Source of the DNA: a virus
Taxonomy: Duplodnaviria > Caudoviricetes
Length of the DNA stretch: 25,363 nt
Virus record (IMG/VR): IMGVR_UViG_3300049828_000089
Coordinates: 1 to 25,363 of that record
Reading direction: 5' to 3' (one strand)
Shown here: piece after piece, positions 16,379 through 22,650 of the stretch
How positions within the stretch are numbered: the stretch's first letter is position 1
Layout of the letters: the number at the start of each line of letters is the position of its first letter
Translations under genes and position numbers: made by a program
The notes under the pieces: generated by a model
Databases searched by the model: none
The model's input: the letters and a program-made list of their open reading frames with translations, nothing else
Told to the model about the DNA's origin: nothing

Positions 16379-16613
16379 CTTTCTTCCTCCTATCTTCATT
16401 TGCACGGCGTGCGTTAACTGCTTTCTTTTTTATTAACGCTGCCTCTTCCTTAGTATAAACAGGTTCTGCGCCGTTGGCCGTTGCTTTCAGCCACACCTCG
16501 GCCGTGTAGGCGCCTGCCCCACACGCCTTGCACTTGCGCTGGCGTCGCAGGCCACCGGCCATCTTGATGACGTTGACGACGTAGGTACGTTCGCTGCACT
16601 GCATACACTTCAT
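16368..16613 (-). CDS. Zinc-ribbon protein (NrdR N-terminal-like)
   Basis: MKCMQC...LRRQRKCKAC...YTAE pattern. Confidence 0.7.
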   Translation of the reverse strand: MKCMQCSERTYVVNVIKMAGGLRRQRKCKACGAGAYTAEVWLKATANGAEPVYTKEEAALIKKKAVNARRANEDRRKKDAS

Positions 16614-16843
16614 TCCGGTTCCTTTGAGGGTGAATAGCTGCGAATCTTCTCAATACTCCAACCGGTCTTATCGTAAATGCGCAAGATCATTCCTGCCGAC
16701 AACTCCGTATCACACCCATGATGACGCCAGCCGTAGATTGGCGCTGGCGTCATACCCAAAAATCGTGCTAACCCAGCATCATTTTTAAGTTGAAACTCAT
16801 CAATAAGGGTGTCAAACAACTCATGTTTATTTCTAGAATTCAT
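16610..16843 (-). CDS. Helix-turn-helix DNA-binding protein (Cro/CI-like)
   Basis: LKNDAGLARFLGMTPAPIYGWRH helix-turn-helix pattern. Confidence 0.75.
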   Translation of the reverse strand: MNSRNKHELFDTLIDEFQLKNDAGLARFLGMTPAPIYGWRHHGCDTELSAGMILRIYDKTGWSIEKIRSYSPSKEPE

Positions 16844-17034
16844 GGTCGCACCGCCTTAGCCATAATTTCGATCCGCTCCCGCGCGTCACGTAGGGCGCAA
16901 TACCGCTGGTGCAGGCGCTCTAAGATCGAGCTGCGGCGCTCGTTCAAGGACTCGTGTGTCAGCATTGCGAACACCTCCTCCTCGGTCAGGGTGGGCAGTT
17001 GGTCATTTAGACTGCGCCAGCTTAGCTTTTTCAT
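16840..17034 (-). CDS. Hypothetical protein (64 aa)
   Basis: Coupled ORF in the - strand operon; helical. Confidence 0.7.
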   Translation of the reverse strand: MKKLSWRSLNDQLPTLTEEEVFAMLTHESLNERRSSILERLHQRYCALRDARERIEIMAKAVRP

Positions 17035-17176
17035 GTTCTACCTTTGATTCAATTTCAGCTACTTTAGTCATCGCACGCTGGAAGGCGTTGGCAATCTGGT
17101 TGTATTCCTTCATGCGCTGACGTTCTTCTGTCTGCGCGGCTTTCAGTTGGGCTTTCCAGTAATCAATTCTTTTCAC
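17003..17176 (-). CDS. Hypothetical coiled-coil protein (57 aa)
   Basis: Likely GTG start at 17176 (MKRIDYWKAQ...) with GGAGG upstream. The longer ORF-track start overlaps another gene. Confidence 0.6.
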   Translation of the reverse strand: MKRIDYWKAQLKAAQTEERQRMKEYNQIANAFQRAMTKVAEIESKVEHEKAKLAQSK

Positions 17177-17309
17177 GTTGTTCGGCCTCCAGTTCGCGCA
17201 GATCGTTGGCAACATCCGACACGCCGTGCCAATCGCTGCGGGCAATCATGACGTGCAGATAGTCGATCAGAATCTCGCGCTGTGTTTCGTATTTGGTAAA
17301 GTCAGTCAT
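17163..17309 (-). CDS. Hypothetical protein (48 aa; not in ORF track)
   Basis: Translated by hand as MTDFTKYETQREILIDYLHVMIARSDWHGVSDVANDLRELEAEQREKN. ATGA-coupled, with GGAG upstream. Confidence 0.7.
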   Translation of the reverse strand: MTDFTKYETQREILIDYLHVMIARSDWHGVSDVANDLRELEAEQREKN

Positions 17310-17608
17310 CGTATTGGCTCCATTGTAGGTTGTACTGCGATTGAAATTGAACGTCTAAACTGCGTTAGCGGCATGATGCGCTGGCTGCCGTCGGCCATCT
17401 CGATGTGCGCAAACCCTTGCGCGGAAGACCAACAGCCGTAGTAGGCACGCTGGCGACCGTCGATGTCGAACATCAAGAAGCGACCCCGGCAGGCGTCAAC
17501 GCGGTCTTGCGTTAGCACGGTCTGGACACTAATGTCGTTGGTGTAGGTCAGGTACCCAGGCTCGGCGGCAACGGGTGCGGCCAGCAGTAGTAAGAGTAGG
17601 TGTCTCAT
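17306..17608 (-). CDS. Secreted/periplasmic hypothetical protein
   Basis: MRHLLLLLLAAPVAA|EP signal-peptide pattern, two Cys, AGGAG RBS. Confidence 0.7.
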   Translation of the reverse strand: MRHLLLLLLAAPVAAEPGYLTYTNDISVQTVLTQDRVDACRGRFLMFDIDGRQRAYYGCWSSAQGFAHIEMADGSQRIMPLTQFRRSISIAVQPTMEPIR

Positions 17609-17910
17609 TGTTGTTCTCCTGTAGCTTTGGCGATGGCTGCTAACCCCTGATTTACAAATACCTCGTGAGGCTCAAATCCATCAAGACATTCAGCAGTCAA
17701 CATCTTCAACGCCTCCACCAACTCAGCATTCACTTCATGCAAGCGGCGTAATTCGGCGGCAGCTTTGTGGCACGTAACTCCTATCGGATGCCAAGTCACA
17801 CCAGCACTCCAGTTATCGTTATCCTTAAAACCGATGCGGAAGTCTTCAGGAATATCTTCAAGCAACTCGTACAGAGGTACCTGCATTTCTTCGGGTTGTT
17901 TGTCCGTCAT
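17605..17910 (-). CDS. Hypothetical protein (101 aa)
   Basis: ATG at 17910 overlaps the helicase stop. AAAELRRLHEVNAELVEALK...AAIAKATG is a pattern common in small phage early proteins. Confidence 0.7.
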   Translation of the reverse strand: MTDKQPEEMQVPLYELLEDIPEDFRIGFKDNDNWSAGVTWHPIGVTCHKAAAELRRLHEVNAELVEALKMLTAECLDGFEPHEVFVNQGLAAIAKATGEQQ

Positions 17911-19244
17911 TTCAATGCCTCCAATGCGATGTCTGAGATGGCTCGTTTGTCGTGCAGGGCGGCCCAAATTTTCTCGTCGACCGTTCTCTGTGCCATAAGG
18001 ATATACACCCATACCTCTCGCAATTGCCCGGAACGATGCAGACGTCCGACGGTCTGCTCGTACAGCTCAAGGCTCCACGGTAGGGATATAAAAGCAATGC
18101 AGCTCCCTCCGTGCTGTAGGTTGAGTCCGTGTCCCGCGCTTTTCGGGTGAATGGCCATAAGCTCGACCAGCCCATTATTCCAACGCGCCACCGCGTCAAC
18201 ATCATCCAGCGTCTGAACCTGCGGATAGCGACGCTTGATCTCTGCAAGCTCCTCCTGAAACTGATAGACCAATAAGGTATTCGCACGCTGGTTCTCCTGT
18301 AGTAGTTCATCCAACCGATCAAACTTGTGGCTGCTAAACCAGACCGCTGTCTTGCTCGAGGTAAACTTGCCCGGCACAGCAGACGCGGCGCGCTGGCTGT
18401 CGTACGCAAAGCCAGACGCCATCTGTTGCAACTTTGATGTAACAGCCGCGGCGTTCGCCGCCAGTATCTCGGCGCTCGGAAACTGCACCGCGAAGTCTTT
18501 CTTCATCTTCTCGTACGGTGCGCGGTCGTCTAGGTCACACCGCAGCTCGACGACGTGACACGGCGGCAGCTTGTCGCGGTAAGCGCCCGGCTCCAGCAGG
18601 TACGTCGCAGGCTTGATGCGCTCCATGACCTGCTGCAGTGCGCCTGGGCGCGGCATCCACTCGCCGAAGTCGCGGTTCATACAGACGAAGTATTGCTGCA
18701 GGAAGGCGCCCTTGGCACGGCCTAAGAGCTTCTCGTCGACGATCTTGCACTGCCCGAACACGTCCTCGAGTCCGTTGCTGGTGAACGATCCGGTCAGACC
18801 CCAACGAATCTTGAACTGGTCGATGACCTTGTGCAGCGCCTTGAAGCGTGTGCCGGAGGGGTTCTTGAGTTTGGTCAGCTCGTCAAACACCACCGCGTCG
18901 AAGTCGGACAGGTCTTGCTCGGCCAACCACTGAATGTTGTCGTAGTTGATGATGACGATCTCGCTGGTCGAGCGCAGGGCTGCCGCGCGATCCTTTGGAC
19001 TGCCGACCGCCACGCGGTAACTCAAACCCGGCGACCACTTCGGCACCTCGATCGGCCACACGTCCGTACACACGCGCTTGGGCGCTAAGACTAGGAAACG
19101 ACTGGCGTAACCGTCCTGCACCATCGCCTGCATGGCGGTCAGCGTGATCGCCGTCTTGCCCGCGCCCACGGGCGCCAAGATCATCGCCCGATCGCGCTCG
19201 TACAGGAAGTCAGCCGCTTCTTCCTGGTAAGGTCTAAGCTGCAT
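17907..19244 (-). CDS. SNF2-related superfamily 2 helicase
   Basis: Start MQLRPYQ (Q motif) at 19244. Also GAGKT (Walker A), VFDELT (Walker B), LTGS, SAGHGLNLQ and QTVGRLHRSGQ. Confidence 0.92.
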   Translation of the reverse strand: MQLRPYQEEAADFLYERDRAMILAPVGAGKTAITLTAMQAMVQDGYASRFLVLAPKRVCTDVWPIEVPKWSPGLSYRVAVGSPKDRAAALRSTSEIVIINYDNIQWLAEQDLSDFDAVVFDELTKLKNPSGTRFKALHKVIDQFKIRWGLTGSFTSNGLEDVFGQCKIVDEKLLGRAKGAFLQQYFVCMNRDFGEWMPRPGALQQVMERIKPATYLLEPGAYRDKLPPCHVVELRCDLDDRAPYEKMKKDFAVQFPSAEILAANAAAVTSKLQQMASGFAYDSQRAASAVPGKFTSSKTAVWFSSHKFDRLDELLQENQRANTLLVYQFQEELAEIKRRYPQVQTLDDVDAVARWNNGLVELMAIHPKSAGHGLNLQHGGSCIAFISLPWSLELYEQTVGRLHRSGQLREVWVYILMAQRTVDEKIWAALHDKRAISDIALEALK

Positions 19245-19509
19245 CTTTGCCTCGGGCACGGATAAGTTCTTGGCAATAATTTTTAACGCCGTAGGCAAAT
19301 TTTGCAGAATCAGGACTGTCATACATAGATGCAGACCCGACTGCGTCATTACACGCTTCTGCACACGCCTCGCGTTCTGCTGCTGCGACTAAAGCGGCAA
19401 AGCGTTCAAGATGTTCTTCTGACATTCCTATCTTTACCTCGGTCATCCCAACCGGGTAAGTAACGCCAGCAATCTCTTGCGCCATGCGCAAAATGTCATC
19501 TCTGTTCAT
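19234..19509 (-). CDS. Hypothetical protein (91 aa)
   Basis: MNRDDILRMAQE...LERFAALVAAAEREACAEAC...IRARG. Confidence 0.7.
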   Translation of the reverse strand: MNRDDILRMAQEIAGVTYPVGMTEVKIGMSEEHLERFAALVAAAEREACAEACNDAVGSASMYDSPDSAKFAYGVKNYCQELIRARGKDAA

Positions 19510-19750
19510 CGGCGTTCTCTTTTCGAATGGCGCGCGCGCACTGCAACGCCGAAACATATTCACCTTCATGTTCGTTGTTAATAACTTCACATATCTTTGC
19601 GCATTTTTCGCGTTCAAATACTGCACAAGCGTCTACTATGTGGCGGATAATCCGCAACGGAACTGCGTATTCCTGCATATTTATCGGTGTGTCAGGATGC
19701 AAACGCAAATACTTGCGGATAATGTCATCTCTGTTTAATCCATTCATCAA
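19496..19750 (-). CDS. Hypothetical protein (84 aa), paralogue of 19234..19509
   Basis: LNRDDIIR...FEREKCAKICE...CARAIRK. Confidence 0.65.
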   Translation of the reverse strand: MMNGLNRDDIIRKYLRLHPDTPINMQEYAVPLRIIRHIVDACAVFEREKCAKICEVINNEHEGEYVSALQCARAIRKENADEQR

Positions 19751-19997
19751 CCATCTCCCTCGACCATAAACAGGCGTAGTTTTGTTTTAGCAACAGTACG
19801 TCGTTGCGAAATATTTTTTGTAGCTCTGACAACCGTCCGGCTTTGGTTTTCAATTCGACAAACCACGTTGACCCATCAGGCAGACAAGCGATGCGGTCAC
19901 TCACACCGCGCTGCGTTGGCGACTTGAACTTGTACGTTCTGCCGCCAGCACGCTCGACCGTCCAGACAAAGTACTTCTCGATTTCTTTTTCTAACAT
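19725..19997 (-). CDS. VRR-NUC domain nuclease (putative junction resolvase)
   Basis: MLEKEIEKY...GVSDRIACLPDG..WFVELKT..GRLSELQ. Confidence 0.9.
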   Translation of the reverse strand: MLEKEIEKYFVWTVERAGGRTYKFKSPTQRGVSDRIACLPDGSTWFVELKTKAGRLSELQKIFRNDVLLLKQNYACLWSREMVDEWIKQR

Positions 19998-20003
19998 GGC
20001 GCA

Positions 20004-20032
20004 AATATAAAGGCTAAAAAAGTATTTGACAA
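20004..20032 (-). promoter_or_regulatory. Leftward sigma70-type promoter
   Basis: On the - strand: TTGTCA (20032-20027), a 17-bp spacer, then TATATT (20009-20004). The predicted +1 falls at or near the ATG at 19997. Confidence 0.7.
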
Positions 20033-20054
20033 GGATTATTTTAGGGGCTACAGT
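20026..20054 (+). promoter_or_regulatory. Rightward sigma70-type promoter
   Basis: TTGACA (20026-20031), a 17-bp spacer, then TACAGT (20049-20054), at the head of the replication operon. Confidence 0.8.
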
Positions 20055-20087
20055 CGAGGCTCAATCACTACACGGGAGTACAGTCAA

Positions 20088-20267
20088 ATGAATGTAGAAG
20101 ACATTTTTGATGCAGACGGCACAGCCCTGCAAGCAGCATTAGACCTAATCGAGGTCATCATCAAAACCGATCCCGGCGTTTACGACGAAACGGCTGCGCC
20201 GGTACTGCTGTTGTTGCGTCAACGCCTGTCTAGTTCATGGCGTAACGAGCCAGTGGGGGTGAAATAA
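20088..20267 (+). CDS. Hypothetical protein (59 aa; not in ORF track)
   Basis: MNVEDIFDADGTALQAALDLIEVIIKTDPGVYDETAAPVLLLLRQRLSSSWRNEPVGVK. GGGAG RBS, and a TAATG overlap with the next gene. Confidence 0.7.
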   Translation: MNVEDIFDADGTALQAALDLIEVIIKTDPGVYDETAAPVLLLLRQRLSSSWRNEPVGVK

Positions 20268-21391
20268 TGAGTCACTCCAATATCGTCGGCGGCAGCACCG
20301 CCAAGCGCGTCATCAACTGTCCGGCGTCGGTCGCCTTGTGCGCCAAGATGCCGCCCAAGCCTTCTAACGAACACGCCGACCGTGGCACGCTCCTGCACAA
20401 TGTGATTGCCGAGCTGCTGGAGTTTGACAAGAAGCCCGAGCAGTGCATCGGCGCCACATACAAGGATCAGGTACTCACACAGGAGCTAATCGATGAGAAA
20501 ATTATTCCCGCTCTCGCGGCCCTCGATGAAATTGATCCGGACAAGCGAATGGAGTACATGGTTGAGACTCGCGTTGGCTTTGGTGATTTTCTACCTGATG
20601 TTTTCGGCAGCACTGATCTGCTTGGCCGCCGTGATAACCGTGCATTCGTTATCGATTGGAAGTTCGGTGACGGGGTAGTCGTTGACGCCGTTGAGAATCC
20701 GCAGTTGCTGTTCTACGCAGCCGCTGCCATGCGCACCGAAGCCGCCAAGTGGGTGTTCGAAGGCGCTGACGAGATCGAGTGCATCATCGTGCAGCCGCCC
20801 ATGATTCGTCGTTGGGTGACGACGTTCGAGCGTGTGCGTGAGTTCGAGCAAGAGCTGCGCTACGCAGTCAACCTGTCCTCATGGCCAGAGCCACCGATGC
20901 AGACGGGTGGTCACTGCCGCTGGTGCGCAGCGAAACCGATCTGCCCGCAGATGACTGGCGCAGTCGAGCGTGCATTGAAGTTGCAACTGGTGAACCTGCC
21001 TGCTGAGCAGATCAGTCAGCAGCTACAGCAGGCGGACGCGATCGAAGACTATTTGCGTGACCTGCGTGCGTTAGCGTCTCAGATGCTTGAAAACGGACGC
21101 CCGGTGCCAGGTTACAAACTGGTCGCCAAACGTGCGACGCGTCAGTGGGTGGATGAAGCGAAGATCGAAGCATGGGTTGACGCGAACAACATCAAGGACG
21201 CGTACGAACCGGTAAAAATAAAATCGCCTGCACAGCTCGAGAAGACGCTGAAAAAGGCTAAAATCGAATTTCCCGCTGAGATGGTGGTTGCTATCTCATC
21301 GGGCGATACGTTGGCACCGGAGTCAGATCCGAGGCCAGCGGTGTTGCAAATTGGCCGCCAGCTCAAGGCGGCTTTAAATAAACTTCAATAA
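20267..21391 (+). CDS. Cas4-like PD-(D/E)XK exonuclease, DUF2800 type
   Basis: NCPAS, RGTLLH, FGSTD, IDWKFG, NPQLLFYA and CRWCAAKPICP, giving the 1+3 Cys Fe-S pattern. Confidence 0.88.
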   Translation: MSHSNIVGGSTAKRVINCPASVALCAKMPPKPSNEHADRGTLLHNVIAELLEFDKKPEQCIGATYKDQVLTQELIDEKIIPALAALDEIDPDKRMEYMVETRVGFGDFLPDVFGSTDLLGRRDNRAFVIDWKFGDGVVVDAVENPQLLFYAAAAMRTEAAKWVFEGADEIECIIVQPPMIRRWVTTFERVREFEQELRYAVNLSSWPEPPMQTGGHCRWCAAKPICPQMTGAVERALKLQLVNLPAEQISQQLQQADAIEDYLRDLRALASQMLENGRPVPGYKLVAKRATRQWVDEAKIEAWVDANNIKDAYEPVKIKSPAQLEKTLKKAKIEFPAEMVVAISSGDTLAPESDPRPAVLQIGRQLKAALNKLQ

Positions 21392-21402
21392 GGAAAACAG
21401 TC

Positions 21403-22050
21403 ATGTCTAGTAATCTCGTAACCTTCAAAGGCGCTAACCTGCCTGCAGTATCTACCCTCTCCACCGCGCTGCGTGCGCTCGAGACTGAAGTCGGCCCGGC
21501 TGGCGCGGTCATCCTGAAAATGGATAAGACCGGTCATTGGGTGTTTGGTGCAGACCAAACCGAAGTCGAAGACGACGCACTGTGGGCGATCAATCCCTTC
21601 TCGTTCGTGCATGGCTTTATTGCCTGGGGTGAGGGTGAGGTCTTGGGTGAGAAGATGGTGCCGGTCACCGAGCCGCTACCAGAGATGGAAGCAGCACCGC
21701 CCAACGCCAAGCGGGGTTGGGAGCCACAAGTCGGCATGTCATTGAAATGCGTCGAAGGCGCTGACAAAGACATGGAAGCGCGTTACACCGTCACGTCTGT
21801 CGGCGGTAAGCGTGCGGTTCAATCGTTAGCTGTTGCGATTGCCGAACAGGTTGAGAAAGACCAAAGCAAGCCGGTGCCGGTCGTGCGTCTGAAGAAAGAC
21901 CACTACCAGCACAAGTCGTACGGTCGCATCTACACGCCAGTGTTCGAGCTGGTGACGTGGGTCGGCATGGACGGCGAGCGCGACGAAGCGCCTGCAAAAG
22001 AAGCAGCGCCTGCTGCCGAGGCTGCACCAGCACGTCGTCGTCGCGGTTAA
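21403..22050 (+). CDS. Putative single-stranded DNA-binding/annealing protein
   Basis: 215 aa with several aromatic residues, lying between the exonuclease and PolA genes. Highly biased codons and a flexible C-terminal tail. The call rests mostly on gene order. Confidence 0.6.
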   Translation: MSSNLVTFKGANLPAVSTLSTALRALETEVGPAGAVILKMDKTGHWVFGADQTEVEDDALWAINPFSFVHGFIAWGEGEVLGEKMVPVTEPLPEMEAAPPNAKRGWEPQVGMSLKCVEGADKDMEARYTVTSVGGKRAVQSLAVAIAEQVEKDQSKPVPVVRLKKDHYQHKSYGRIYTPVFELVTWVGMDGERDEAPAKEAAPAAEAAPARRRRG

Positions 22051-22057
22051 GTAACAC

Positions 22058-22209
22058 GGGCCCAAAGCGGATGCCGGAGGCTGGAATGCACCACCAGCAT
22101 GAGAAAGCCGGACGCAGCGAGTAGGCCCACCCTTTCTATGGCTCTGGTCGTTTTGATGTTAGGTACCCTTGGTCGGATCTACCTGACATCGTTCGAGTGA
22201 CCGGAGCCA
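22058..22209 (+). ncRNA. Candidate structured RNA: two consecutive stem-loops
   Basis: Element 1: 22058-62 pairs with 22124-28, plus inner stems. Element 2: 22139-49 pairs with 22199-209 and 22155-65 pairs with 22180-90, 11 bp each with one G-U. Family not identified. Confidence 0.55.
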
Positions 22210-22218
22210 CCCCTACCC

Positions 22219-22650
22219 ATGAAAATTATGCGCGAACATGAGCTAGTGATTCAAGATTTCCTAGCCAAAAACCCCGGCTGGCGCAAAAACGGTTTGCGAA
22301 AAGAAATCAACGCTGTGATGGGCTACGACGTTGTCGGGCCTTTAGGGTTTATCCCCGACGCGTTTCAAATTGACGTCGATGCGCAGTACGTGCGACTGTT
22401 AGAAGTTGACGGCGAATCGCACACCTTGCCGGAAAAATTAGCCCGCATGTGCGATCTATGGTTTTGCTTAGATTCTCTGTCGTGGTCGATGGAACTCATA
22501 ACTATAAATTTATTTACCGGCTCCAAAGCAATAACTTCAGACCTTCAATTCACTAAACTTTGGCACGATGGAATCGAAAACTATGTCCATTCTTTGGCTC
22601 GACTTCGAGACGCGCAGCCGTTGCGACCTATCCTCCCGGGGGGTCTATAA
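22219..22650 (+). CDS. Putative PD-(D/E)XK-fold endonuclease-like protein
   Basis: 143 aa with FIPDAF...LLEVD spacing. More AT-rich than its neighbours and overlaps the polymerase start by 68 nt. Confidence 0.5.
   Translation: MKIMREHELVIQDFLAKNPGWRKNGLRKEINAVMGYDVVGPLGFIPDAFQIDVDAQYVRLLEVDGESHTLPEKLARMCDLWFCLDSLSWSMELITINLFTGSKAITSDLQFTKLWHDGIENYVHSLARLRDAQPLRPILPGGL

Noticed and set aside
19245-19364. N-terminal extension of the helicase given in the ORF track
   Set aside because: It overlaps the upstream gene. The Q motif MQLRPYQ at 19244 is the expected start.
20267-21391. CRISPR-Cas system suggested by the Cas4-like fold
   Set aside because: No repeat-spacer array or other cas genes. 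The context is the common phage exonuclease-SSB-PolA module.
22051-22218. tRNA, or group I intron around the nuclease-like ORF
   Set aside because: GTTCGA at 22191 resembles a T-loop, but no cloverleaf can be built. The flanking genes are uninterrupted and no intron core is evident.
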